Shown: positions 1-10,503 of the stretch, one piece after another | Layout: the number at the start of each line of letters is the position of its first letter | Position numbering within the stretch: position 1 is the first letter of the stretch | Source of the DNA: Pseudomonadota bacterium | GTDB lineage: Bacteria > Pseudomonadota > Gammaproteobacteria > Pseudomonadales > Azotimanducaceae | Length of the DNA stretch: 45,480 nucleotides | Assembly: GCA_009936775.1 (NCBI GenBank) | Contig: JAACDW010000247.1 | Coordinates: 1-45,480 of the forward strand | Direction: 5' to 3' | Program-made: the position numbers and the translations under genes | The notes under the pieces: generated by a model | Seen by the model: only the letters and a program-made list of their open reading frames with translations | What the model was told of the DNA's origin: nothing | Databases searched by the model: none

Positions 1-1478
1 TCCTCCACAATGGGGGCAAGCCACAAGCCGCCGATAAAGCCTAAAATAACCGTAGGCAGAGCGGCCATAATTTCAATACCGGGCTTGACCCAACTGCGCA
101 TGGAGGGAGCCATAAAGTAAGCAGTATAAATGGCCCCCATAATGGCGATGGGCACGGCGAAAAGCAGGGCATAGAAGGCGGCCTTCAGGGTGCCGAAAGC
201 CAGCGGCGTCAGAGAGAATTTTGGCTCAAAGTCGTTGTCCGCAGAAGAAGACTGCCAACTGTAAATTGGCTCGTTGTAGCCCTCGTACCATACCTTGGCC
301 CACAGGCTGCTAAAGGAAATCTCCGGATGCTCGTTATGCAGCTCGTACAGATCAATCGAACTACCGGTAGGCGCGCTAACCAGTACATTTGATCGGGGCG
401 CGATGGCCAGTGGCGTGGCAGGTGCAATATCAGCAGCGTAGCTGGCCAACTGGCGGCCTGATGTCGGGTACATAAGGTGCGCTGCGCCATTTGCATCAAT
501 GGCCATAAAGCCTTTTCGCCGTGGCTCGGTGACAAAACGCTCAACTTGTGCGGGTACCTGAAACTGCCGCAGGCGATCCAGCCGAGTACCCGAGGCGTCG
601 CTATATAGACCAAATTGAGTGACGTCACCATCATCGGTGGCGACTACCAAGGAATAACGACCGAGCAGTGGCGTCACGGCTGTCAGTTGCTGTCCGGGCT
701 GAATTAAAGAACCTCGATACATGCGGGTTGGCCGCTGCAGTGAGGCAATGCCGAAAATTTCCAGCTCGCCACTGGTCCCCAACACATAGATCCATTGGTT
801 GCGTGGGCCAATGTACAAAGACGCGACATCAAAGCCCGCGCTCAACGTCATTTGTCTAGGACTCGGCAGATCGTAGCCAAGCTCAACGTTGGCGTATTTT
901 CGCAATACGACGTTGCTACCTTGTGCCGCCGCAATTAGCAGCTCATCGTCAAACAGGTGGGTGTCAAGGGCGTTTGTAGCGCCAATGTCGATACCAGCCC
1001 GCCCGAGCGGGAAATCCACAGAGGATGCCAGCTCACGCTTATTGTTCACGAAGTTCACCACATGCTGAGAGCGCACAAAGTGCAGACGATCGTCTGTATC
1101 AACAAGGGCGTATAAGTCCACCAGCGGGTAGGTGCGTTGAATGGTGCGGACCTCAAGACCTAGATCAAAACCGGCGACCGCAACGCCGCTGGCTTGATCG
1201 TAAAATTCCACAATACCAGCGTCGCTAAAGCGCGAGACCACCTCGCCATTTTCACTGATATCCACTAAGGCCGTGGACCGTTCTACTGTGTTAATGCGGT
1301 TGCCCGCCTCGATATCAGCGCTTGCGAAGATGGGCGCTACGACCCACAGCAGGTAAGCAAAGATGAGAGTAATCGCGACGATCACCGCGCCGCCGCCAAC
1401 GCCAACTACGGATTCGGTAACGCGGTTAATCCAGTAACGACGACGTGAAAGACGTCCCATAAGATCGGTATCGGTCAT
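1..1478 (-). CDS. pstC: Phosphate ABC transporter permease PstC, long form with large periplasmic domain (3' end outside window)
   Basis: Manual translation from ATG at 1478 (MTDTDLMGRLSRRRYWINR...) is open to the window edge and contains LWAKVWYEGY..WQSSSADNDFEPKFSLTPLAFGTLKAAFYA..EIMAALPTVILGFIGGLWLAP; lies directly downstream of pstS. Confidence 0.92.
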   Translation of the reverse strand, partial: MTDTDLMGRLSRRRYWINRVTESVVGVGGGAVIVAITLIFAYLLWVVAPIFASADIEAGNRINTVERSTALVDISENGEVVSRFSDAGIVEFYDQASGVAVAGFDLGLEVRTIQRTYPLVDLYALVDTDDRLHFVRSQHVVNFVNNKRELASSVDFPLGRAGIDIGATNALDTHLFDDELLIAAAQGSNVVLRKYANVELGYDLPSPRQMTLSAGFDVASLYIGPRNQWIYVLGTSGELEIFGIASLQRPTRMYRGSLIQPGQQLTAVTPLLGRYSLVVATDDGDVTQFGLYSDASGTRLDRLRQFQVPAQVERFVTEPRRKGFMAIDANGAAHLMYPTSGRQLASYAADIAPATPLAIAPRSNVLVSAPTGSSIDLYELHNEHPEISFSSLWAKVWYEGYNEPIYSWQSSSADNDFEPKFSLTPLAFGTLKAAFYALLFAVPIAIMGAIYTAYFMAPSMRSWVKPGIEIMAALPTVILGFIGGLWLAPIVE

Positions 1479-1496
1479 CAACTATGGCCTGCTTAA

Positions 1497-1532
1497 AATA
1501 AAAAAAGTCCGCCGACAGAGTCGCGGACTTTT
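1497..1532 (-). terminator. Stem-loop with U-tract between pstS and pstC (terminator/attenuator or mRNA stabiliser)
   Basis: Minus strand AAAAGTCCGCGACTCTGTCGGCGGACTTTTTTTATTTT: GC-rich stem followed by a long T run. Confidence 0.75.
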
Positions 1533-1561
1533 GTACATCAGTAGTATAGATCGCACCACAA

Positions 1562-2656
1562 CTACAACAGTTTAGCGAGCTCACGTCGAGCGACTTCCGC
1601 AGAAACGGGCACATAACCATCTTTCTGCACAATTGCCTGCCCCTCTTGCGACAACACGAGCTTGATGAACTCGCGCTCCAATGGTGACAGCGGTTGTCCG
1701 GGCTTTTTGTTGACATAGACGTAGAGATAGCGCGACAGGGGATAATCGCCACTTAACGCATTCTCAGGGGTCGCCTGCACTGCAGCAGCGCCATCTTCAG
1801 ACAGCGCCAGCGCTCTGACGCCAGAGGTAATGTAACCAATACCTGAATAGCCGATGCCGTTTAAAGAAGAGGCAACGGCTTGCACAACCGACGCTGATCC
1901 CGGCTGTTCGTTCACGCTGCCTTTGAAGTCACCGGAGCAAAGACCGACTTTTTTGAAGTAGCCATAGGTGCCTGATACTGAATTACGGCCATACAGTTGA
2001 ATCGGACGCTCTGCCCAACTACCTGTCAGTCCTAGGTCGCCCCATGCATCCAGGCTGGTGGGGGCACCACATCGCCGCGTCTCTGAAACGGCTGCATCCA
2101 CTTGGGCAATGGACAGCTCTTGCAGCGGGCTGTCTTTGTGTACATAGACGGCCAAGGCATCAATGGCCACGCGGATTGCCGTGGGCTTATAGCCAAAGCG
2201 ACTTTCGAAGGCCTCTATTTCTTTGTCTTTCATGGCCCGGCTCATGGGGCCAAAATTTGCTGTTCCTTCAGTCAGAGCGGGTGGCGCGGTGGAGGAACCA
2301 GCTGCTTGAACCTGGATGTTGACGCTGGGGTAGTTGCGTTTGAATCCCTCAGTCCACAGGGTCATAAGGTTGGCCAAGGTGTCGGAACCAATACTGGACA
2401 AGTTGCCAGAAATTCCAGTGACCGCTTCGTATTGCATCAGCTCGCCACCAGCGTCGGCTGTATTACTCGCCGCCGCAGTGCTTTGCTCCACAGGTGCAAT
2501 GGCCACCACATCAACTGCAGTGGCCGCCTGCGCGGCTGCAGCGGGTTTTGCCGCTTCTTCGCTTCCGCACGCGGCAACTGTAACCGCTAAACCGAGTAGG
2601 GTTGCAATCCGCGCGGCTTGCAATCGTCGCTTAAGAACACTCGCATAAGGTTTCAT
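1562..2656 (-). CDS. pstS: Phosphate ABC transporter substrate-binding protein PstS, probable lipoprotein
   Basis: [36 protein letters not shown] and [10 protein letters not shown] motifs; start moved to ATG 2656 behind an AGGAG RBS; signal peptide ends in VAAC lipobox. Confidence 0.93.
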   Translation of the reverse strand: MKPYASVLKRRLQAARIATLLGLAVTVAACGSEEAAKPAAAAQAATAVDVVAIAPVEQSTAAASNTADAGGELMQYEAVTGISGNLSSIGSDTLANLMTLWTEGFKRNYPSVNIQVQAAGSSTAPPALTEGTANFGPMSRAMKDKEIEAFESRFGYKPTAIRVAIDALAVYVHKDSPLQELSIAQVDAAVSETRRCGAPTSLDAWGDLGLTGSWAERPIQLYGRNSVSGTYGYFKKVGLCSGDFKGSVNEQPGSASVVQAVASSLNGIGYSGIGYITSGVRALALSEDGAAAVQATPENALSGDYPLSRYLYVYVNKKPGQPLSPLEREFIKLVLSQEGQAIVQKDGYVPVSAEVARRELAKLL

Positions 2657-2708
2657 CTTAACTCCTGTCTGAGTTTGGGTTTTGGTAACTGTTGCTAAAA
2701 AGGTGGTG

Positions 2709-4055
2709 CTATGAAGACCCAGCATCACCGCGTAAAGTCCGGTCCGCCTGTTGGCCGAGGCTTGAATCCATATGAACTGCATTTTGTTCGACGCCTAGCG
2801 CCAGAAACTCGCAGGAGAAACTGCTCCCCGAATTCAGCGCGCTTTCAATATGCAGGGCGGAGTTATGGCGCTTCAGTACGTGCTTAACTATGGCCAGACC
2901 TAGGCCGGTGCCAACCCGAGTATGCGCACCAACAACGTCGACACGAAAAAAGCGCTCGGTAAGACGGTTGAGATACTCGGTAGGGATGCCGCAGCCATCA
3001 TCCACAACGCTCAAGCGCACGCTATCGCCGTGATCTTTCCAACTGATTTCGATGTTCTGGGCACCACTGTGGCGAATAGCGTTGCTCAATAAATTGATAC
3101 AGACCGAGTGCAGTTCCTTTTCGCTGCCGAGAATTTTGCGCGAGGATTCCATTCGAACTGTTACTTGGCCCGGTGCTTTTTGCAGCGTATGCAGTTCTTC
3201 AACCGCGCCCTTTATCACCTGTGTCATCACTACCTCACGTAGCTCTGGCGTTGCCGTCGAACTTTCCAGCTGCGTAAGCAGCAGCAGATCTTCGACAAGT
3301 GACTGCATGCGCTTCATCGGCTTGGTAAATTTGTCGATCAGCTGCAAGCGCAGCTCATCCGATGCACTTTCGTCATTGATGGTTTCGAGGTAGCCGCCAA
3401 CAACGGTCAAGGGCGTACGCAGCTCGTGGCTGACATTGGCAACAAACTGTTGGCGCATGGTTAATAGGCGATTCGACGACGTTATATCTCGCACTAAAAT
3501 CAGTTTACTCTGGGTTTCGGAAATGAAACTCCGCGCTTCCAGCTGCTGCTCTGGGTTCAGCGGCGAACTAAATTCAAGCGGCGCATTCTCTGCCTCTTCG
3601 CCACGCAGGAATTCCGCAAAATCCGGGCTGCGCACAATGTTGGCAAGACCCAACCCGACGTCTTCTTTTTTCAGGTTGAACAATTTCCTTGCCGCGCTGT
3701 TCATGGATTCGATCGCGCCGCCTTCGTCCAGCAGGATGACCGCATCGGGTATCAGCTCAGTGACACCTACGATATCGCGCATTCGCCCAAGCATTGCCCG
3801 AGTTCGCTGCCGCTCCCGCCCCAGCTGCCGATAGGGGATCATTGCAAGTCGATACCAAGCTTCGTTTAGGTTGGGCGGTACCCGGAGCGGGTGCCTTGCC
3901 CATTGCCCAAAGCGCTCGTGCTGGCCGTATTGGATAATAATCCACACCAAGGCACCAAAACACAAAGACCAACCCATAAAGCCTGACAACAACCCCAAGC
4001 TGAGCGCCACTACGGCGATCAGCAGGATCAGTTGAACCTCGTTAGTCGGTTGCAT
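2709..4055 (-). CDS. phoR: Phosphate regulon sensor histidine kinase PhoR
   Basis: N-terminal TM region, PAS-like segment, H-box [22 protein letters not shown]-box [30 protein letters not shown]; pst context. Confidence 0.92.
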   Translation of the reverse strand: MQPTNEVQLILLIAVVALSLGLLSGFMGWSLCFGALVWIIIQYGQHERFGQWARHPLRVPPNLNEAWYRLAMIPYRQLGRERQRTRAMLGRMRDIVGVTELIPDAVILLDEGGAIESMNSAARKLFNLKKEDVGLGLANIVRSPDFAEFLRGEEAENAPLEFSSPLNPEQQLEARSFISETQSKLILVRDITSSNRLLTMRQQFVANVSHELRTPLTVVGGYLETINDESASDELRLQLIDKFTKPMKRMQSLVEDLLLLTQLESSTATPELREVVMTQVIKGAVEELHTLQKAPGQVTVRMESSRKILGSEKELHSVCINLLSNAIRHSGAQNIEISWKDHGDSVRLSVVDDGCGIPTEYLNRLTERFFRVDVVGAHTRVGTGLGLAIVKHVLKRHNSALHIESALNSGSSFSCEFLALGVEQNAVHMDSSLGQQADRTLRGDAGSS

Positions 4056-4120
4056 AGTCCTCGTTTCTCAGAACCGAATATCGGTCCGGTTAAAGCGCTG
4101 GCGAACACTGGATGCTTTGT

Positions 4121-4138
4121 GTGACGTTTTCATGACTG
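4121..4138 (-). promoter_or_regulatory. Pho box upstream of phoR
   Basis: Minus strand CAGTCAT-GAAA-ACGTCAC: two heptamers with 11-bp period resembling CTGTCAT; a weak -10-like CAGTGT lies 10 nt downstream. Confidence 0.7.
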
Positions 4139-4167
4139 AGTACCTCTGCAATCCCGCTTGGGGGCGA

Positions 4168-5433
4168 TCAGTACTTTACGACCAAGTCCAACATCAAACG
4201 CTGATAATCCTCGTCGTTACCAAGGTCCCGGTCACGATCATTGAGAAAAAGGGTAGCACCCAGTTTTACTTTCTTGTTGAGGCTATAGCTTGCCGACAGT
4301 TTGTGTCCCTGCGAGTCGGTACCGCCGCCTGCAAAATCTGAGTCGGTCAAGATAGCGTAAACCGCGTCAGCTTCAAGTTCCTGATAGGCCCAGCCCATGC
4401 TCCAATCACCAATCCCTAGCTTGGCGCCAAGGATATAACCGGTGTCATAGTCAGAGGCCGCAAGGTTTTGCACATAAGAACCATAAAGGGTCGTACTTCC
4501 TGAGGCAGTTGGAAACTTCAGCTGCGCAAAGCCCTCCAGCAGGTCAAAGCCGCTGACATAGCGCCCTTCGGCGGTAAGCCGATTGCCGCCGCTTTTTTCT
4601 GGCATCAGCTCAGCAGAGTTCTCAATACCCGTGTACTGGTAGTAGCCGACCCCGGTTGTCAGGCTAGCATTCGATAAAATGCTCTTTTGCAGGCCAAGCT
4701 GCGCACCAAGCAACAGCACGTCATCCCCAGATTTGGATTCATTGATCCAAGTGCCCAACGCATTGACGAACAAATCGTCACGCGCATATTTGACCGCGAC
4801 ACCTTCGGGACGCAGGTCGCCGTCCCAAAGCAGGCCGGAGCCACCGGCCCGATACAGCGGGTTTTTGAATTTGCCGGCAAAAACATCCATACCTTGAGCA
4901 GTGGGCTGCCAACGCAGATAGGCTTGGTCGATATTGACCTGTTTGGACGAAAAGTCATCGCCCAAGGACTGATGGCTAGAGACCGGGTCATCGCTACCGC
5001 TGGCGAGTCCAAAGCCAAGTAGCGTTGTTGCAGTAACAGGCGCTTTTATGCCAACTCGGGCACGCACACGATTGCGGTGGCGAGCGGGAGTGTCTTGAAT
5101 ATCGAAAGACTCAAACCGGTAACGAAAATCTGCATCGTAGCTGATGCTTCGATCTAGTGTGTTGGCCGCCGCAATTTTCGCCTCAGCAACTTGCTCTGCA
5201 GTTGCTTGCACCGCGGGTGCAGTGCTTGCCGAGACTTCCAGCGATGCTTGCTGTTGCGCCTCTAGGCGTTCAAGGCGCTCGCTGATGGCCTCTAACTGAG
5301 CGCGCAGAGCGGCAATGGTGTCATCGCGAGCGTCGGCCCAACCGAGGGGGGCGAACAAGCACAATGATAAAATCAGCGCTTTGTGGAGGGTCGAAAAGTT
5401 TGAGCCGAGTGCGCGCAACAGAATAGCGTTCAT
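4168..5433 (-). CDS. Putative outer-membrane porin (Porin_5-like) with N-terminal coiled coil, likely phosphate-starvation induced
   Basis: Signal peptide ending GWA-D, coiled coil, amphipathic beta strands (DFRYRFE, RNRVRARVG, DQAYLRW, DSDFAGGGTD), terminal aromatic residue (LVVKY); Pho box upstream. Confidence 0.8.
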   Translation of the reverse strand: MNAILLRALGSNFSTLHKALILSLCLFAPLGWADARDDTIAALRAQLEAISERLERLEAQQQASLEVSASTAPAVQATAEQVAEAKIAAANTLDRSISYDADFRYRFESFDIQDTPARHRNRVRARVGIKAPVTATTLLGFGLASGSDDPVSSHQSLGDDFSSKQVNIDQAYLRWQPTAQGMDVFAGKFKNPLYRAGGSGLLWDGDLRPEGVAVKYARDDLFVNALGTWINESKSGDDVLLLGAQLGLQKSILSNASLTTGVGYYQYTGIENSAELMPEKSGGNRLTAEGRYVSGFDLLEGFAQLKFPTASGSTTLYGSYVQNLAASDYDTGYILGAKLGIGDWSMGWAYQELEADAVYAILTDSDFAGGGTDSQGHKLSASYSLNKKVKLGATLFLNDRDRDLGNDEDYQRLMLDLVVKY

Positions 5434-5475
5434 AAAAACCCCTTAAAGTCGAAGCGCACACGATGGGCGCTCTTT

Positions 5476-5501
5476 ATGACACTTTCATGACAATATGACA
5501 G
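5476..5501 (-). promoter_or_regulatory. Pho box upstream of the porin gene
   Basis: Minus strand CTGTCAT-A-TTGTCAT-GAAA-GTGTCAT: a canonical 11-bp-spaced pair plus an extra perfect heptamer; -10-like CATCGT lies 10 nt downstream. Confidence 0.82.
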
Positions 5502-5611
5502 CTACTGCCCCTAGTGCGCGTTCTGCTCAACCAACGCTTATTGCCGCCCTTACTGCCCAGCGGTGTGACAGTACACTTAGCTGGGCAACGCTGAGTTTTG
5601 CAAGGGGATGT

Positions 5612-5638
5612 ACCTCGATCAGACCTCGATCAGACCTC
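5612..5638. repeat. 11-bp tandem duplication (ACCTCGATCAG x2.5) overlapping the SDR stop codon
   Basis: acctcgatcag acctcgatcag acctc read directly. Confidence 0.85.
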
Positions 5639-6511
5639 CATCGGCTTCAGCAGCTTGGGCCAGCGTTCCATGCTGGCTTCAATCGCCTCGCCTATGGCTT
5701 GTACGGTCCAAGGGCCTTCCATTGAATCTTTTTCTGCCAGAACATCAGACTGCCAAGACAGCAAAGTGGTGCGGTTGCCGCTCACGCAAAACTGACGCCC
5801 GGTAACTTTTGCCGCGGCGTCAGTGCACAGCCAAGCCACCGTTGGTGAAACCTTTTCAGGTGCCATACGCACAGCGGTTTCTTCGCTTTCGGGCATTAGG
5901 TCTTCGGTCATGCGCGACAGGGCAGCAGGGGCGAGAACGTTGACCGTAATACCGTATTTCATGCCCTCAAGGGCAAGCACACGCATAAAGCCAGCCATAC
6001 CTGCTTTGGCCGCGCCATAGTTGGCTTGGCCGAAGTTACCAATAAGGCCAGAGGTCGAACTGGTCATAATGATGCGGCCACCTTCGCCTTGAGCCAACAT
6101 TTGCTACCAAGCGTGCTTGGTGGCAAGGTAACTGCCACGTAGGTGGACATCGATCACAGCGTCCCACTCTGCATCGGTCATGTTTTTAAATGAACGGTCG
6201 CGCAAAATACCGGCATTGTTAATCAAGATGTCGAGTCGCCCGAAGTTATCCACCGCACACTGCACCATGGCAGCGGCTGCAGTATCGTCGGTAACCGAGC
6301 CATAGGTTGCAGCGGCTTGTCCGCCAGCGGCCTGAATCTCCGCCACAACGGTATCGGCCATGCTGGTACCACTACCGGTGCCGTCCCGCGCACCGCCTAA
6401 ATCGTTGACTACCACCGCTGCACCGTGCTCGGCCAACAGCAGTGCGTGAGCACGACCTAAACCGCCTCCAGCGCCGGTGACAATTGCTACTTTTCCGTCC
6501 AGTAATCCCAT
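5630..6511 (-). pseudogene. SDR oxidoreductase (MFE-2/3-hydroxyacyl-CoA dehydrogenase-like) interrupted by one in-frame TAG at 6104-6106
   Basis: TGAGGGLG, VVVNDLGG and NNAGILRD lie in the 5' half; SSTSG and NYGAAKAG (YxxxK) lie in the 3' half; halves are in frame: KHAW*QMLAQ; GGGAGA RBS before ATG 6511. Confidence 0.88.
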
Positions 6512-6641
6512 GTTGTTCTCCCTTCGATACGTTAGTGGATCAGTCAAAGGCTCGGTTATTCCCATGCAAGCTGGGCCTACAGCCAAATTCGTTATGCAAG
6601 TTCTTTTAACTGCTTGTTCGACACGGCGGTGGTAACCGCAA

Positions 6642-7853
6642 CTAGTACGAGCGGGGCATGTCTAAAACATGCTCCGCGACAAAACTGAGTATTAGATTCG
6701 TCGAGATCGGTGCGATTTGATAAAGCCTCGTCTCACGAAACTTTCGCTCAATATGGTACTCCTTGGCAAAGGCAAAACCGCCATGGGTTTGCATGCATAC
6801 ATCCCCAGCCTGCCACGAGGCCTCCGATGCCAACAGTTTAGCCATATTCGCCTCGGCACCACAGGGAACGCCACCATCAAACAAATTGGCTGCCTTTTCC
6901 ACCATTAAGGCCGCAGCTTCCACTTGCGTGAAGGCTCGAGCGATAGGGAACTGTACCCCCTGGTTGGCACCAATCGGGCGATTGAAGACCTCGCGCTGAG
7001 AGGCGTAGGCCGAGGCTTTGTCGATAAAGTAGCGGCCATCGCCAACGCATTCTGCGGCGATCAAAATCCGTTCGGCGTTCATGCCATCTAAAATCACCTT
7101 GAAACCCCCGCCTTCCTTGCCCAGCAAGTTATCCGCAGGTATCTCAAGATCATCGAAGAATAATTCGCAGGAGTGATGATTGATCATTGATTCAATAGGG
7201 CGGATGGTCAGACCATTACCCTTAGCCTTGGCCACATCGAGTAGGAACGCCGACAGACCTTCGGTTTTTTTGCTGACTTTGTCGCGGTCTGTGGTGCGCG
7301 CCAGCAGCACCATGAGATCCGAGTGCTCAATGCGACTGATCCAAACTTTCTGACCGTTGACGACGTATTTGTCGCCAACCCGTTTGGCGGTTGTTTGCAA
7401 ACTGGTGGTATCGGTACCTGTGGTGGGTTCGGTAACGCCAAAACTCTGCAGGCGCAGTTCACCCCGGGCAATCTTCGGCAGATAGGTATTTTTCTGCTCA
7501 TCGCTGCCGTGACGCAGCACGGACCCCATCACATACATCTGCGCATGGCAGACTCCAGCGTGAGCTCCGGAACGACAAATTTCTTCCATCACCGCAGCAG
7601 CCTCTAGGACCCCAAGACCGGCGCCACCGTACTGTTCGGGTATCAGCACTCCCAAGAAGCCGGAGTCAGTGAGCTCTCGCACAAACTCTGTCGGGTAGCC
7701 TGACTCTCGGTCCATCTGCAGCCAATAATCTTCGGCGAATTTAGCGCAAAGCTGGCGTACAGATAAGCGAATATGCTCTATGGCGGCCATTTTTTCGGTA
7801 TCCGATGTCGCCAAGTTTTGTTCGGCTTCGTCGCCAGACAGCGTCTTTGTCAT
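6642..7853 (-). CDS. Acyl-CoA dehydrogenase
   Basis: FGVTEPTTGTDT, NGQKVWISR, ERILIAAE and QTHGGFAF motifs; start set at ATG 7853 after AGGAGA. Confidence 0.9.
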   Translation of the reverse strand: MTKTLSGDEAEQNLATSDTEKMAAIEHIRLSVRQLCAKFAEDYWLQMDRESGYPTEFVRELTDSGFLGVLIPEQYGGAGLGVLEAAAVMEEICRSGAHAGVCHAQMYVMGSVLRHGSDEQKNTYLPKIARGELRLQSFGVTEPTTGTDTTSLQTTAKRVGDKYVVNGQKVWISRIEHSDLMVLLARTTDRDKVSKKTEGLSAFLLDVAKAKGNGLTIRPIESMINHHSCELFFDDLEIPADNLLGKEGGGFKVILDGMNAERILIAAECVGDGRYFIDKASAYASQREVFNRPIGANQGVQFPIARAFTQVEAAALMVEKAANLFDGGVPCGAEANMAKLLASEASWQAGDVCMQTHGGFAFAKEYHIERKFRETRLYQIAPISTNLILSFVAEHVLDMPRSY

Positions 7854-7992
7854 GCGCAAATTCTCTCCTTCTCCACCAAACATGGTGTGCTGCTGAGTCG
7901 CGGGAATCAAGACATCTGCGCAACAGATATGCATTGCAATTCGCATTTAACGTAGGCCAGTTGGCACCCATTAGCGTCACCAGCACGCTATA

Positions 7993-9294
7993 TCAGGTAT
8001 TTACTGCGATGCGACCCTCACGCTTCATCGCACGGTAAAGGGCATAAAACCCCCATCCGGCCAGACCACTGATAAGGGCTGCGGCACCGAATACCCAAGC
8101 ACCTATGCCTTGCCAAGTACCCGGGAGGAAGCCACCTGATTGCCAACCTGCGTAAAGCAAAATGCCAAGAAACGGCGCGATAGCACCGCGCACGCCGGTT
8201 AGCGTGACATGCAAGCCCATATAGGCCCCCAGTTGATCCTGACGCGCAAAGTCATTGTGCCCGAGTTGCCAAGCCAGCGAGCCGCCGCCTCTGGCAATGC
8301 CCATTATGGTCCGAGCGATCACCAGCCAGACCAATGATTCGAGCAGTGCGCCAAGCATGGTTAACAGTTGCCCGATGATCCACAGCACACTTTGTCTGGA
8401 GCGAAACTGGGCCACATGTACCCGATCCAAATAGTTGGCCCATATCGGCATGGAAAGAAGACTTACAGCGAAAGGAATCACCATGATCAGCACAATGGAT
8501 ACTGTGTAGGATGCCTGCATTTGCCGGGTGATGATGAAAATCAACGGTGCCTCTATGAGCATGTTGCCGAAGCCCGCACCAAACATGTTCAACTGATACC
8601 AGCGAAACCAAGGGTCACTGCGCAGAATTTGGGTAAAGCCCATGGACGGGGTGGGGTTGCGGCGTTCCCTACGCTCGCGTACCCGCTGCCTCGCCTCTCC
8701 AAGTACGCGCACCTGAGCAAAGAACAGCAGACCAAGGCAGCCAACGACGGCACCAGCCCAGTAAATCCAAGCGACGCTGTGTGGAAATAAATCCAGCAGC
8801 GGACCGATGGCAGAGGATATGGCGACGGTGACAACGGCGTTAATCATTTGCAGTTGGCTGGTTGCTCTGGCGCGCTGGTAGCGGGCGAAATTCAAACTCC
8901 AGATGACACTACGCACGGTAACCACGCCGGCCAATAAAATCCGCGAAACGATCATGCTGGAAACCAATACCCCAGCGCCCCACGCACCTGACGGCACAAT
9001 GGCCACAGCGACGACGCAGGCAATGATCAGCGCCTGTAAAATACACACGGCCGTTACCTTGGAGCGACCCGCAGACAACCTTCCCCAGAGGAAACTGGAG
9101 AGATTGGCAAACATGGGGGCGGCGCTGATCAGCGCTAGAGTAAAAGGCTCGACTTGATAGATTTTTGCCGCAATAACGCCAACTACGCCACCTTCCCACA
9201 GCACGAGGGCCGCAGGCATGGTGAGTTCTGCCGCGCGCTCAGCGCGAAAGCTGCGTCGAACCGACTGTGTTAACTGTAGATCAGTCCATGCCAC
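7993..9294 (-). CDS. MFS-type transporter
   Basis: About 12 hydrophobic segments in two halves separated by a charged central loop. Confidence 0.78.
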   Translation of the reverse strand: MAWTDLQLTQSVRRSFRAERAAELTMPAALVLWEGGVVGVIAAKIYQVEPFTLALISAAPMFANLSSFLWGRLSAGRSKVTAVCILQALIIACVVAVAIVPSGAWGAGVLVSSMIVSRILLAGVVTVRSVIWSLNFARYQRARATSQLQMINAVVTVAISSAIGPLLDLFPHSVAWIYWAGAVVGCLGLLFFAQVRVLGEARQRVRERRERRNPTPSMGFTQILRSDPWFRWYQLNMFGAGFGNMLIEAPLIFIITRQMQASYTVSIVLIMVIPFAVSLLSMPIWANYLDRVHVAQFRSRQSVLWIIGQLLTMLGALLESLVWLVIARTIMGIARGGGSLAWQLGHNDFARQDQLGAYMGLHVTLTGVRGAIAPFLGILLYAGWQSGGFLPGTWQGIGAWVFGAAALISGLAGWGFYALYRAMKREGRIAVNT

Positions 9295-9314
9295 AGGAAA
9301 TTATGGCAGCCGTA

Positions 9315-10373
9315 TCAGCGGTTCGGGCCTCGGTTCATGGGGTAGGGCTGCCAGCGCTCAAGCTGCACCTTGGGCAACACGGTTGGATTGACACAGCTCA
9401 TAGGCCAACGGTTACGCAGCACCAGCGCCACTTCGCGTCCCACCCGGCGTCGTGTCTCCGGGCGCATACGCGAAGTCGCCGACGCCACATGAGGACTGAC
9501 TAAGACATTTTCGCGGTGCAAGAGAGGGTTATCTTGGCTAGGCGGCTCTTGCTCCAACACGTCTAGCCCCGCTCCTGCAATGGCTCCGGCATCCAGCGCC
9601 GCAATAAGCGCCGCCTCATCGATAAGCGGTCCACGCGCCGTGTTTACGATTACCGCGGTTGCTTTCATTTTGGCGAAGGCATCGGTCGAGAACACGTGGT
9701 GGGTCTCTTCGTTGTGCGGCGCGTGCAGCGATAGGTAGTCAGAGCGCCGCAGCAACTCGTCCATGCTCACCGGTTCGATGCCATCTTCGGAAATCGTCAG
9801 TTCGCTGACGTAGGGGTCGAAGGCGATCACATGCATGCCAAAGGCCTTGGCGCGGCGTGCTGTGCAGCGCGCCACGTTGCCGTAGGCGAACAGACCCAGC
9901 GTCTGTCCCATAAGGCGAGGGGTGTGGTCAAGTAGCGGGCGTCCGGACCACCACTGGCCTTCCGCGGCCATGCGGTTCATGGTCTTCATCTGCCGGGCGC
10001 AACCTAGCAGTAGCATCAAGGCGTGATCGGCAACCTCCTCGATAAATACGTCTGGGACGTTGGTGACCACTATGCCGGCCTTGGTGGCAGCTTCAATATC
10101 CACCATGTCCACACCAACGCTGCCAACACCAATGACCACGCAGTTTTCCAGCTGTTCGATCAGTTGGGCGTCGATGCGGAATCCCCACGACGTGATGATG
10201 GCATCCATATCTTTTACACCGGCAGCAAATTCCTCTGGCGTTTGTGCCGCCACCTCGATGATTTCGGCCAGCGGCTCCAGCGCTTCCAACTCCAGCGAGT
10301 AACGAATGGCCACTTCCGCTGGGTTCGCCTGTCGAGGCAACTGAATACCAATTTTTTTCTTTTGCATGTCCAC
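9315..10373 (-). CDS. D-isomer-specific 2-hydroxyacid dehydrogenase (CtBP-like)
   Basis: GVDMVDIEAAT, NVPD..EEVADHA, VNTARGPLIDE, LDVLEQEP and SPHVAS motifs. Confidence 0.9.
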   Translation of the reverse strand: MDMQKKKIGIQLPRQANPAEVAIRYSLELEALEPLAEIIEVAAQTPEEFAAGVKDMDAIITSWGFRIDAQLIEQLENCVVIGVGSVGVDMVDIEAATKAGIVVTNVPDVFIEEVADHALMLLLGCARQMKTMNRMAAEGQWWSGRPLLDHTPRLMGQTLGLFAYGNVARCTARRAKAFGMHVIAFDPYVSELTISEDGIEPVSMDELLRRSDYLSLHAPHNEETHHVFSTDAFAKMKATAVIVNTARGPLIDEAALIAALDAGAIAGAGLDVLEQEPPSQDNPLLHRENVLVSPHVASATSRMRPETRRRVGREVALVLRNRWPMSCVNPTVLPKVQLERWQPYPMNRGPNR

Positions 10374-10503
10374 TCCGTCACCCCCTTATGCTGTATTGCC
10401 AGTGCTTTTTAGGCCGTGTGCCTGCGGCAGTGTATCAGGCTTGCCCCACAGGTTGGGTTATCCCATGCTTGGGCCTCGATTGATGCACATAGGAGGCGCA
10501 GGG

